Source: a virus. From it: a stretch of 64,000 bases of DNA. The stretch's first letter is position 1; each line of letters opens with the position of its first letter. Below the pieces are notes generated by a model. The model ran no database searches, was not told the DNA's origin, and worked only from the letters and a program-made list of their open reading frames with translations. This document shows, piece by piece, positions 16,103 through 25,847 of this stretch. The DNA is taken from positions 1-64,000 of the IMG/VR virus record IMGVR_UViG_3300026382_000009, one strand, 5' to 3'. The position numbers and the translations under genes are program-made.

Positions 16103-18070
16103 TTATTTTATTAATCTCAATATTCTTTCTTCAATTTCATTTGTTTTTTCTTCTTCTTTTATTTCAAAAGAAATTTTTTCTTTTTTCATTTCTTTAATTC
16201 TTTTTTCTATTACATCTAAATTCAATTTTTTTAATTCTTGCGCTTGACTTTCAGAAATTTTGTATTTTTGAATTAAAAATTTGACTTTGAAAGTTTCTGC
16301 TTCATTTTTTAATTTTTCTTTTTCTTTTTCAAGTTCTTTACATTTTTTTTCTAATTCTAAATTTTTTTCTATTTTTTCTTTTAATTTTTCATTTTCTTGT
16401 AAAATTTCTTCAAAAGCTAAAAATTTTTCAAAAAAATTTGGATTTTTCAAAAGTTTTTCAAGTTTCTCAAAGAATTTAGGATTTTTTGATAATTCCACAA
16501 GTTCTTCAAAAAATTCAGTATTTTCCATGAATTTATCATATTTTTCAAAGAATTCAGGGTTTTTTAGTAATTTTTCAAGTTTCTCAAGGAGTGTAGGATT
16601 TTTTGATAATTCCATGAGTTCTTCAAAAAATTCAGTGTTTTCCAAGAGTTTTTCAAAATTTTCAAGTTTTCCAAGCTTTTCATTAATTTTTTTATTTTCT
16701 TCTAGTTTTTCATGTAATTTTTTAATTTTCTTGATAAGATGTGTATTTTTTTCTTTTTCATGAAGAACTTTTTCACTCAAATTAATTCCGAGTGTTTTTA
16801 ACATTTTTTTCAAATTATCTATGTAAATCTTGTAAAAATCTGAATTTTTTTCTAAATCTTGAACTTTTTTATTCAAATCATTATTGTTTGCGATTAAATC
16901 ATAAAAGAATAAAATACTTGATTCAATCACTTTTTTAAGAGATTCTTTTTTAGAATTTTCATCATCATTTATAGTATCTAAAAAATTACGAATTTTATTC
17001 GCTAAAGTTTTTAAAGACTCACTTGAAAATTCATATGATTCTATTTTATCTAAAACTTTTTTCACAACATCAATATCATGTTTTTCAAATTTGTTATCTT
17101 TATCTAATATTTCAATCAATTCTTCATATTCTTTTTCAAAATATTTGTTGTATCTCAACAATTTAGTTAAAAGTTCAACAAAAGACAAAAATGTTTTTAC
17201 AAATACCTCATCAAACTCTTTTTCTTTGTTATTTATTTGCTCTAACAATTTTTTATTTTCTTCTGATAAAACTTTGATAGCTTCCTTAAATTTTGTTTTT
17301 AAATCATCATTATTTTTTTCTTCATTTATTTCTAAATTTTTATTTGTGTTTGAATTTGAATTTTCAATCAACAATTCACACAATCCAAAATCACATTTGT
17401 ATTCTTTACTTTTTTCTTCAAGATATTTTAAATCTTCTTTTAATTGTTCTGTTAATTTTATTTCACTAAATCTTGCATTTTTTATTCCAGGAGTAGCAAC
17501 AACATCTAATGTTACTAATTTAAAATCTTTTTCATCAATAACAAAAAGTTTTTTGCCTTTATATTCAAAAAATTCATCTTCTTTAAAAGATCCATATGCT
17601 CTTGTAGAAACAGCAGGTTTTGCTCCTGCTGAAAGAATTGCTTTTAAAGTTCTTCCAGCTTTTGTATCTAAAATATAAAATGTTGCTTCATAAATTCCTG
17701 AATTTTTTGTTATCTCTTTATATTTTATTTCTTTTAATAAATGCGATGCTAATTCTTCTCTTAACATATCATCATAACTTAAATCTTCTTCAGGATGAGA
17801 AAGCATTCCTACAACCATTTTGTTTTCATAAGCTTCTTTGAATTGAGGATCTTTTTTTAAAGCATTATCCCATGCTTCTTTTGTATACAATCTTCCATTT
17901 CTTGAAATACCGAAAGGAACACCGGCGCCAAATGCATGTTTAACTTTAAAAATACCTAAAACACCTTTTGGTATTTCACCTAAATCACTCAAATCACCTG
18001 ATTCTTTTATATCATTTAAATCAAAAAATTCTACATCATAACTTTCAAATGTATCGAAAAGTCTTTGCAT
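16103..18070 (-). CDS. Prohead protease (gp21-like) fused to coiled-coil scaffold
   Basis: SRNGRLY, GMLSHP, ILDTKAGRTLK, VSTRAYGS, TLDVVATPG; E/K-rich repetitive C-terminal half. Confidence 0.85.
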   Translation of the reverse strand: MQRLFDTFESYDVEFFDLNDIKESGDLSDLGEIPKGVLGIFKVKHAFGAGVPFGISRNGRLYTKEAWDNALKKDPQFKEAYENKMVVGMLSHPEEDLSYDDMLREELASHLLKEIKYKEITKNSGIYEATFYILDTKAGRTLKAILSAGAKPAVSTRAYGSFKEDEFFEYKGKKLFVIDEKDFKLVTLDVVATPGIKNARFSEIKLTEQLKEDLKYLEEKSKEYKCDFGLCELLIENSNSNTNKNLEINEEKNNDDLKTKFKEAIKVLSEENKKLLEQINNKEKEFDEVFVKTFLSFVELLTKLLRYNKYFEKEYEELIEILDKDNKFEKHDIDVVKKVLDKIESYEFSSESLKTLANKIRNFLDTINDDENSKKESLKKVIESSILFFYDLIANNNDLNKKVQDLEKNSDFYKIYIDNLKKMLKTLGINLSEKVLHEKEKNTHLIKKIKKLHEKLEENKKINEKLGKLENFEKLLENTEFFEELMELSKNPTLLEKLEKLLKNPEFFEKYDKFMENTEFFEELVELSKNPKFFEKLEKLLKNPNFFEKFLAFEEILQENEKLKEKIEKNLELEKKCKELEKEKEKLKNEAETFKVKFLIQKYKISESQAQELKKLNLDVIEKRIKEMKKEKISFEIKEEEKTNEIEERILRLIK

Positions 18071-18813
18071 TATTGTCCTTTGTTTTTATTTATATTTTTA
18101 TTATATTTATTAATAATAAAAAATATTTTGTCTTGTTTTGTGTTTATGTTTTTTAATTCATTTAATTCTTCTACAACTGTTTTGTCAACATTTTTATCAT
18201 TAGATAAACCATTTATTTGTCTAACTTCATAAAGAAATTGATTTTCATCTATAAAATAAATAAAAATATCAATTATTCTAAATAATATTTCTTCATTTAT
18301 TGTTCCATTAATATATGCTTTTAATAATTCAATTTCTATTTCATATGAATCTTCAAGGAACTTAAAGAAAATCTCTAAAAATTCTTCAAGAGCTTCACTA
18401 TCTTTTTCAAAATATTGCATTTCTATAATTAAATGAGTTTTAATATTATTTAGTCCTAAAAGAATTGAAGCTATATCATCTAACGAAATTTCTATTTCTT
18501 TATTTGGATATTCTTCTTTTTTTAATAATCCTAAATCACTTTTTGTTAGATGTGTTGCCAAAAAATTCCCAAGGTTTCTGTGAAACCTTTTTCCTTGTGT
18601 TGATTGATGCCACTTTTGAATGGCTTTTTTCATTTTATATGCATTTCTTCTCCAAAAATTTTTTGCTGCAAGAGATTTTTTTCTATCTTTTATATTTTTT
18701 GCAATTAACTGTAATTTATTTCTTATAATTGAATCATTTAATTCAAGAGCTTCATAATATAATCTATCAATTTCTTCTTTAAACTTCATCTTCTTCCTTT
18801 TCATCAAATTCAA
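18070..18813 (-). CDS. Hypothetical head-module protein
   Basis: Between portal and protease; basic KWHQSTQGKRFHRNL segment. Confidence 0.6.
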   Translation of the reverse strand: MNLMKRKKMKFKEEIDRLYYEALELNDSIIRNKLQLIAKNIKDRKKSLAAKNFWRRNAYKMKKAIQKWHQSTQGKRFHRNLGNFLATHLTKSDLGLLKKEEYPNKEIEISLDDIASILLGLNNIKTHLIIEMQYFEKDSEALEEFLEIFFKFLEDSYEIEIELLKAYINGTINEEILFRIIDIFIYFIDENQFLYEVRQINGLSNDKNVDKTVVEELNELKNINTKQDKIFFIINKYNKNINKNKGQ

Positions 18814-20242
18814 ATAAATTGAATCCCATTATATTCTTAAATTGAGTATTCATATATTTAGTAAATTCTTTTTCATTAACTTTGATATTTTCTTTATCAT
18901 GTAAATCGTTAATAAAATTATTAATATTTTCAAAACTTGCAACTAAAATATCTACTAATTCAATTTTTTGAAGAGCTTCATAATCTAATGTATTATTCCA
19001 AACAATTTCAATATTTTCTAAATAAATATCAGTAAATCCAAGATTTTGAAGATGAATTGTATATATTTGCTTCAATCCAAAAGAAATAGCATCCTGTATC
19101 ATTTTTAATTTTTTGTTATACATGTTATACGATTTTATAATATCTGATTTCAATAAATCAGATTCTTGAGTAACAAGACTAGTTGGCATGCCTAATGTTT
19201 TTAATGCTAATATTCTTAAATCTTCAATTTTTTGCTGTAAATTTTCAAAATCATTTTCATTATTAATATCTTGTGATTCCAATGAACCTTTATCATTCCA
19301 TACAGGAATAACTTTGACAGAACCTAATTTTGATTGAATATGACGTAATAATTCTTCAGGACTAGAATAATTTTCATCATTTATCATTGTTTTATCTATC
19401 ATTTTTTGATAAACTCTCGCTATTTCAAGTGCTTCAGCGGGTTTTGTTCCTGCTGGAATAGATACACCAACAATTTTAGTTTTTTGAAGTTGTTTGATTA
19501 ATGCAATAGGATAAAGTTCTTCTAAAAATTTTAATTCTTTGAGTAATCCAAAAATAGGATACAAAATTGATTGACCCATTCTTACATATAAAATTTTGTC
19601 ATCTAAACCATTTATTTTAACTTTAATTCTGTTAGATGGTAAATGAAAATAAGCATAATTTGAATTTTGAACACTTTTTAATTTCTTCTCTTTTTTGTCG
19701 TATTTTAAAAAATAAGAAATATTACTATCTCTGAAAACTGGAATTATTTTTGTTATATCAACATCATCATGAATATTTATAATACCTTCGCCACTTTTTA
19801 CATCTAGTCTCAAAAATGTTTCACCATAATTTAATATATCAGCTGAAATATCTAAAACAATCTTTTTAAGATTGAATTCATGAGTAAATTCTTCTAATAA
19901 TTCAGTTAAAGTATTATCTTGTTGAGAATTTATAATGACTGTTGGCCTAAAAAAATCATTATCAATAGTAGGTGTAAATGCATCCTCAATAATTCTGTTA
20001 ACAATTAATTGCGATAAATAAAAATCTTTTATTTCATCAATTTCTTTTACTAATTCTTCTTTATTTCTTGTTATGTTAAAAAAATTAGCAATTAAAAATT
20101 TATTTACAGTGGTATCACCTTTATAAATATCTATTTGCTGAAGTGGATTAATTTGTGGTAATTCATGATTAAAACTCGTATTTTGTAATGATTTTTCTAT
20201 ATTTTTTCTAAACAATTTTGAAAAAAATCCATCAAAAAACAT
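18779..20242 (-). CDS. Portal protein (gp20-like)
   Basis: 487 aa directly after terminase; LNYGETFL, GQSILYP, LGMPTSL. Confidence 0.8.
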   Translation of the reverse strand: MFFDGFFSKLFRKNIEKSLQNTSFNHELPQINPLQQIDIYKGDTTVNKFLIANFFNITRNKEELVKEIDEIKDFYLSQLIVNRIIEDAFTPTIDNDFFRPTVIINSQQDNTLTELLEEFTHEFNLKKIVLDISADILNYGETFLRLDVKSGEGIINIHDDVDITKIIPVFRDSNISYFLKYDKKEKKLKSVQNSNYAYFHLPSNRIKVKINGLDDKILYVRMGQSILYPIFGLLKELKFLEELYPIALIKQLQKTKIVGVSIPAGTKPAEALEIARVYQKMIDKTMINDENYSSPEELLRHIQSKLGSVKVIPVWNDKGSLESQDINNENDFENLQQKIEDLRILALKTLGMPTSLVTQESDLLKSDIIKSYNMYNKKLKMIQDAISFGLKQIYTIHLQNLGFTDIYLENIEIVWNNTLDYEALQKIELVDILVASFENINNFINDLHDKENIKVNEKEFTKYMNTQFKNIMGFNLFEFDEKEEDEV

Positions 20243-20253
20243 TTATATATCCT

Positions 20254-22122
20254 TTATATGTAATCATAAATATTTTCTATTTTTCCTTTTAATAGATTAT
20301 TATAAAAATCATTTTCTTCAACTTTCATTTCAGTTTTTACAATTTCTATATCTAATTGTTTTTCCAATTCTTTGAGATAATTTTTCTCATAAAATTCTTT
20401 GTATTCTAAATCAAGAATAGCTGAATAAACTTGACAAACAGCATCTGCTATATCTTTACTACCAGGAGTTCCATCAGGAAAAGTATCAGGGTGATCAATT
20501 TTTTTCTCATTTTCTTTTAAAAATATTAATTCTTTCTCTAACAAACTATTTTCAGGTAAATCAATTAAGTTTTCATAAAGAGCATTTTTTAAAGCATAAT
20601 ATGAATCTTTTTTTCTGTCGACAGAATGTTGTTTTGCATCAAACCCTAAATCTTGCATTATTGTAATAAAATCATAAGATTGAAACGTATCGGCATAAAT
20701 TTTTGCTATATGTATTCCAAATTTTTCTCTTAAATCTAATATGAATTTTCTAATTCTAGAAAATTTGATTTTTTGCCCTGAGGCAGGTGTTAATGCAGTA
20801 GCAAAAATTACATCAACATATTTTTGATTGTTTTCAATTTTTTTGATACATCCTAAAGCAATACCTAGTTTATCATTACTATATGCTAAGTCTAATCCCA
20901 GAACAAACTGTTTACCTTTATAATTATTTAATAATTCTTTTAAAATTTCAATATTGAAATAATTTATCAATGGAACATTGTTATCATATTCAATGATACT
21001 TGTCGTAGGATTTTTATGTTTAAATGCTTGTGTTATAACAGATTTATCACTTATAAAACTTGAAGAACTTATAACAGGAATACCTAAAATATCACCTATT
21101 GCTTGGCGCAAATTTTGTTTAAAACTTAGATAATAATCATAAGGAACTTTTTCTATTTTATCAGGATATTTATTTTTGTAATATTCTAATTCATCACCTT
21201 CCAAAATTTTAGGTTCTAAATTATAAGTTCCTGTAAATACGTAGAAATATTTGTCTGAAAAATTTATTTTTTCTTTTAGAACTTCAAATTGTTTTGCATT
21301 TATCAAAAGTAAAGGATTTTTTATTGTTGATTCATTTTCTTCACTAGTCAATGAGAATTTAATTTGTTCAATTAATGAAGTATCTGTATCAGCTGATGAA
21401 ATAATTAAAATATGTCCCGGAACATATTTTTTACCTTTGTTCTCAGAAAGAAACCTTGACGGAAGCCTATTAATTGCTTCTGTTACATATGCTAATGCTT
21501 GTTTTGGTTGAGGATGTCTATTCAATTCGTCCATTAAAATACTAAAAACTGCTCTACCAGTTAATTGACGTCTATATGGAGAAATTGGAAGAAGATCAAT
21601 ATTTTTCTCAAACATACTAGTTTTTGTTTTGTTATTTAATTTACTTAGAAAAAAAGGACTATTTCTTATCATTCCTAAAATAAGTGCAAAGTTTATTGTT
21701 TCTGAGTTTTCTTTTGTTGAATTTGAAACTATAAAATCTATTTTTGTATTATGAGATAATTTATAAAATGCTTGTGGATTTTCTAAACATAAAACATGAG
21801 CTAAATCATAAAGAAAAATAATGTTTGAAACAGTTGTTTTTCCTGTAGAAATTGCGGATGTATTTAAAATAATGTAATTATCTGTATATGCATTATTTCT
21901 GATTTTATTCAACTCTGGAAATGGCGTTGGAAACATTTTCACAAGAGTCTCTAACCAATACTTATAAATTGATTTACCGTTGTTAAATGTTTTTCCAAGA
22001 TAATAATCATCACAAATAAATTCAATAATTGTTGGAGGAGGTTCTGAATAACCGTGTTTTAATGCATAACTATTAAAAATTTTTTTTATTTCATCTTTGT
22101 TTATCATTTTATCCATTGACAT
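20254..22122 (-). CDS. Terminase large subunit
   Basis: Walker A AISTGKTT, Walker B ILMDELN, nuclease GLDLA...D, ADTFQS, KIDHP, KDIADAV. Confidence 0.9.
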   Translation of the reverse strand: MSMDKMINKDEIKKIFNSYALKHGYSEPPPTIIEFICDDYYLGKTFNNGKSIYKYWLETLVKMFPTPFPELNKIRNNAYTDNYIILNTSAISTGKTTVSNIIFLYDLAHVLCLENPQAFYKLSHNTKIDFIVSNSTKENSETINFALILGMIRNSPFFLSKLNNKTKTSMFEKNIDLLPISPYRRQLTGRAVFSILMDELNRHPQPKQALAYVTEAINRLPSRFLSENKGKKYVPGHILIISSADTDTSLIEQIKFSLTSEENESTIKNPLLLINAKQFEVLKEKINFSDKYFYVFTGTYNLEPKILEGDELEYYKNKYPDKIEKVPYDYYLSFKQNLRQAIGDILGIPVISSSSFISDKSVITQAFKHKNPTTSIIEYDNNVPLINYFNIEILKELLNNYKGKQFVLGLDLAYSNDKLGIALGCIKKIENNQKYVDVIFATALTPASGQKIKFSRIRKFILDLREKFGIHIAKIYADTFQSYDFITIMQDLGFDAKQHSVDRKKDSYYALKNALYENLIDLPENSLLEKELIFLKENEKKIDHPDTFPDGTPGSKDIADAVCQVYSAILDLEYKEFYEKNYLKELEKQLDIEIVKTEMKVEENDFYNNLLKGKIENIYDYI

Positions 22123-22179
22123 TAAAATCCTTTATTAAAATCCTTTGTCAAATTCTTAAAGCTTTTAATTTTGTTGGAT

Positions 22180-22305
22180 TTATTCAAAAATTCTTCTTTT
22201 TTTAATTTCTTTTTGAATTTCTTTTAATTCTTTTGTTTTTCCTGAATTTTTAAATTTTTGCTCTTTTTCAAAAAGTTCTTTTGTTGAAAGATTTTTAACA
22301 TTCAT
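22180..22305 (-). CDS. Small basic hypothetical protein (41 aa, not in ORF track)
   Basis: ATG directly after the upstream stop, AAAGGA RBS; MNVKNLSTKELFEKEQKF... Confidence 0.4.
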   Translation of the reverse strand: MNVKNLSTKELFEKEQKFKNSGKTKELKEIQKEIKKRRIFE

Positions 22306-22905
22306 CTATTTTCCTTTCCAATTTGGAATATTTATTCTTTTAACTTTAATACGTTTAGTTTTATGCAAATAATTTCTTGGCTTTTCTTTAGCTATATATC
22401 TTACTAATTTATACAAATGTTTTACTAATTGAGTTACTAGTTTAGGGTTTCTTATATGAGGATAATGAGTTATAGCGTATTGTATCCATGCTTTGAATTC
22501 TGGTCTATCATCTATAACAGCATCTTTTGTGTGTAATGCATAAGCAAAATAAAACATAAATGATGGATCAGAAGAAAATACTCTAACAGGTAAATTATAA
22601 AGTTTTTGAAATGTTTTGATATTTTTTCTATAAGGAAATTCAATTGCAACTATGTAAGTATTTCTTTTTATTCCTTTTTTAGTTTTATATTTAGCACCTT
22701 TTATAGAAAAATATAATTCTACCCAAACTTTTACTTTTTCATCAGCTGATTTATAAAATTTGTAGTCCCAACCTAAATATTTAGGTCTAGAAACACGTTT
22801 ATATCTTTCACTAATAGGAATTTTAAAAAAAGGCTCTTCTGTCATTTTTATTAATGTATATAAATCTAATTGAGGCTGTGGTTCTAATGGAAAATTTATT
22901 CTCAT
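22306..22905 (-). CDS. Basic protein with degenerate SWIM-like motif
   Basis: VRVFSSDPSF...FAYAL...IRNP...LVKHL. Confidence 0.5.
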   Translation of the reverse strand: MRINFPLEPQPQLDLYTLIKMTEEPFFKIPISERYKRVSRPKYLGWDYKFYKSADEKVKVWVELYFSIKGAKYKTKKGIKRNTYIVAIEFPYRKNIKTFQKLYNLPVRVFSSDPSFMFYFAYALHTKDAVIDDRPEFKAWIQYAITHYPHIRNPKLVTQLVKHLYKLVRYIAKEKPRNYLHKTKRIKVKRINIPNWKGK

Positions 22906-22913
22906 TTTTTATC

Positions 22914-23117
22914 CTATTTTTTAATTAAATCTTCTAAGCATTTTTGATATTTTTTAATGTTGATATCATCAAGAAAAACTATACTGTTTTTTCCAAAAAA
23001 TCCAACAATATTATCTTCATCATCATAAAAAAATTCTTGAAATTTTTCTTTTAAACAATTGTTTATAAAATATATCAATAATTCTTCAGGTAATTCACTT
23101 AAATCAATTTTTCTCAT
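22914..23117 (-). CDS. Hypothetical protein
   Basis: Tightly packed ORF with RBS. Confidence 0.55.
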   Translation of the reverse strand: MRKIDLSELPEELLIYFINNCLKEKFQEFFYDDEDNIVGFFGKNSIVFLDDINIKKYQKCLEDLIKK

Positions 23118-23126
23118 TTTAAACCC

Positions 23127-23702
23127 TTATTTTCTATTTTTAATTTCTACTCTTTTATCTATCCATCCTCTTATAAATTTTTTTGCCCATTTTGAACCAT
23201 GTGTTTCTTTGTGAGAAATAATATCATTTTTAAGAGTGTCATTATTTTCTGCTAAAGCAATGTAATACATTCCTTGAATTATATTTAAAATGTTGTAAAG
23301 AGATTTATAAAATTTATAATTATTTATAAAATTTATTGTTTTTGGACCTAATATACCATCCTCTTTTAAAAGTATATTTTCATTTAATACATTAAATGCT
23401 CTTTGTAAGTTTTTAACAGCTAATTTTGGATTACCTGTATTAACAGTAAACTCAAACAATTCATAAGAAATTAATTTATTTTTGATTTTGTCAAAATTGT
23501 ATTTTTTATAAAAATGATTATAATAAATATTTTTTACATCTTCAAATGTTAAATCTTCTACTTTTTTGTTAATTTTTAACATATCTAATGTATTTTGAGT
23601 AATACCATAATTTGTTTTTCCTCCTGGATCAAATTTATTGTCAGAAAATTTTCCTTCTATTCCTAATAACTTTTTAAGTATCCATTCAAACTTTTCATCC
23701 AT
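23127..23702 (-). CDS. Endolysin, glycoside hydrolase family 108 with peptidoglycan-binding domain
   Basis: EGKFSDNKFDPGGKTNYGIT, LQRAFN, DGILGPKT, FIRGWI. Confidence 0.9.
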   Translation of the reverse strand: MDEKFEWILKKLLGIEGKFSDNKFDPGGKTNYGITQNTLDMLKINKKVEDLTFEDVKNIYYNHFYKKYNFDKIKNKLISYELFEFTVNTGNPKLAVKNLQRAFNVLNENILLKEDGILGPKTINFINNYKFYKSLYNILNIIQGMYYIALAENNDTLKNDIISHKETHGSKWAKKFIRGWIDKRVEIKNRK

Positions 23703-23722
23703 TATGTTCCTTTATTTCATTT

Positions 23723-24562
23723 TTATTTCATTTTTAATTCAATATTATTTTTCTGACAATATTCTTTTAATTCGTTAAGTAATGATTCATTTTTGTTATA
23801 ATATGTTATAAGGGTTAATTCTTTTATATTTTTATACTTTTTAAAAATTTTTAATTTTTCAATTAATAAATTAATTTTATTGTTGTATAATTCATCAACA
23901 ACTTTATCATAATTTAATATAAAATAGTTTTTATTAAAAGAATCAATTTCATATACTTCATACAATGTATGATGTAATAGTAATGTCAAAAAATATCCTA
24001 ATTCAATAAAATAATTTGTAGGACTATTAAATGTATAATTTGTATTAATTATTTTGTTTAAAAATTCTTCAAATAAATATTTATGCATTTCTTTCCAAAT
24101 TTCTATAAAAGTTTGATCAAAAATTTTTTCATTTTTAAAAATTGACATCATAATTCTATTTCTATAAAGTGCAAAAATTTTTATAATTTGTTTTACATCA
24201 GATTCATTCAATTTTTTTACTAATCTTTTCTCAAAAAATTCAATTTCATCGCTTCTTAAGTATTTTTTATTAATTTTATTAAGAATATAATTTATTATAT
24301 TTTTATTTTTATTAAAATTATCTTGTGAAACTAATGTCAATAAATGTTCAGTATCTATTAAAAATACAAACCACGCGTCGTATTTAGCCAAAATTATTTC
24401 TTTGGCAGTTTTACTGAATTCATGAATTGGATTTTGATAAATTTCTGAAAAAACAGTGCTTTGACTAATTTTAAAATGAGAAAGAACTTTAGAGCTCTCA
24501 GCTCTGAATTTTATATTATTTTCTATATGTATTTCAGGCATATAAATCAATTCATTAAGCAT
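23723..24562 (-). CDS. Hypothetical protein
   Basis: 279 aa ORF; no recognised motif. Confidence 0.6.
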   Translation of the reverse strand: MLNELIYMPEIHIENNIKFRAESSKVLSHFKISQSTVFSEIYQNPIHEFSKTAKEIILAKYDAWFVFLIDTEHLLTLVSQDNFNKNKNIINYILNKINKKYLRSDEIEFFEKRLVKKLNESDVKQIIKIFALYRNRIMMSIFKNEKIFDQTFIEIWKEMHKYLFEEFLNKIINTNYTFNSPTNYFIELGYFLTLLLHHTLYEVYEIDSFNKNYFILNYDKVVDELYNNKINLLIEKLKIFKKYKNIKELTLITYYNKNESLLNELKEYCQKNNIELKMK

Positions 24563-24563
24563 T

Positions 24564-25076
24564 TCACACCTTTAAACCATTTATTGTATAGAACATAGGT
24601 TCTATTTTATTTTTTAATTCTTGAATTTCATTTTTAATCGCAAATAATTCTTTATTTAAGTTGCTTTTTTCTAAATTAGACATATCACGATTTCTTTCAT
24701 ATTTTTCTATAAGATCTTCAATTTTTTTAGAAAGTTCTTCTATTTTTAATTTTATTTGATCTAAAACATTTTTGTTTTCTAATTTTGTTAAATTATTTTT
24801 ATTTTCTATTTCGTTAAAATAATGTTTTAAGTCTTCAATTATTTTGATAATTTTTTCAAAGTCATTTTTGCATTTATTTGTGCAAGAATGTTCTATATTT
24901 TCAATACTTTTTGAAATAAAATCAATTTTTTTAATTATATTTTTTATTTCATTTGACATTGGTAAAACATAAAATTTTGAAATTAAAAAAAGACTTCCTG
25001 CAATAATTATTATCATTATATCTGAAGGGATATTCTTATTTAAAAAGCTTAAAAAAGATAAAATAACACCATCCAT
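24564..25076 (-). CDS. Membrane-anchored coiled-coil protein (lysis-associated?)
   Basis: One N-terminal TM segment then coiled coil; within the lysis cassette. Confidence 0.55.
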   Translation of the reverse strand: MDGVILSFLSFLNKNIPSDIMIIIIAGSLFLISKFYVLPMSNEIKNIIKKIDFISKSIENIEHSCTNKCKNDFEKIIKIIEDLKHYFNEIENKNNLTKLENKNVLDQIKLKIEELSKKIEDLIEKYERNRDMSNLEKSNLNKELFAIKNEIQELKNKIEPMFYTINGLKV

Positions 25077-25107
25077 AACGTTTTTCCTTAACTTAAAAAT
25101 ATTTTAT

Positions 25108-25578
25108 TTATTTAACCCCCTTAAATACCGATTCATTTTTATTTAACAATTTATACAATCTATTAGGACTTGTTTTAGATGGTTCTATTGGAAATAACTT
25201 ATTTATTCCTACAATAATTAGTGCTTTTGTAACCCATTCAGAACAAAAATATTTATCTTCTCTGTCTGAAATAGGACTTATAAATCCAAAAATACCAAAC
25301 CAGTCGTATTTCAAACCTTGTGTTTGTTCAAAAAAATTTAAAAATTTTTTGTAATCTTTTTCTGTTATTTTTAATGTTAAATAATCCCATGTATTTTTGT
25401 CATAAATATGTTTTTTCTTTCTAACATGTCCATCTCTTGGAGATGTAGAATACATTTCATTTTCTACGATTAATTCTACATGAGAATATAAACCCTTTGT
25501 CCACCATGCTATTATTTTATCAATCCAATTGGCTTTTGGAGCAGTTTTTTTATAAAATGCAATTTTAATTGTTTTCAT
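25108..25578 (-). CDS. Permuted papain-like amidase (YiiX/YaeF, C92-like)
   Basis: YSHVELIV, GLKYDW, YFCSEWV, SPNRL. Confidence 0.8.
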   Translation of the reverse strand: MKTIKIAFYKKTAPKANWIDKIIAWWTKGLYSHVELIVENEMYSTSPRDGHVRKKKHIYDKNTWDYLTLKITEKDYKKFLNFFEQTQGLKYDWFGIFGFISPISDREDKYFCSEWVTKALIIVGINKLFPIEPSKTSPNRLYKLLNKNESVFKGVK

Positions 25579-25847
25579 TAAAAATCTCCATGATTATCAG
25601 TAATATTATTTTTCTTTTCTAAATAACGAATTCCTGCACTTCCTAAAAATATTGTTACTAAAGCCATCATATTAGTTGTCAAATAATCAGGAATACTTAT
25701 TTTAATATCCCAAATAGACAAAATAGAAAAAATAACAGGATATACAAGAACAACATACAATAAACCTAATGTGACTCCCCAAAATCCAACTGGTTTCCAC
25801 GTAGCATTTAATTTACTAAGAAATTTTTTAAAATTTTCTTGAGTCAT
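25578..25847 (-). CDS. Holin
   Basis: WKPVGFW, two TM segments, IFLGSAGIRYLEK C-terminus typical of phage holins. Confidence 0.75.
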   Translation of the reverse strand: MTQENFKKFLSKLNATWKPVGFWGVTLGLLYVVLVYPVIFSILSIWDIKISIPDYLTTNMMALVTIFLGSAGIRYLEKKNNITDNHGDF

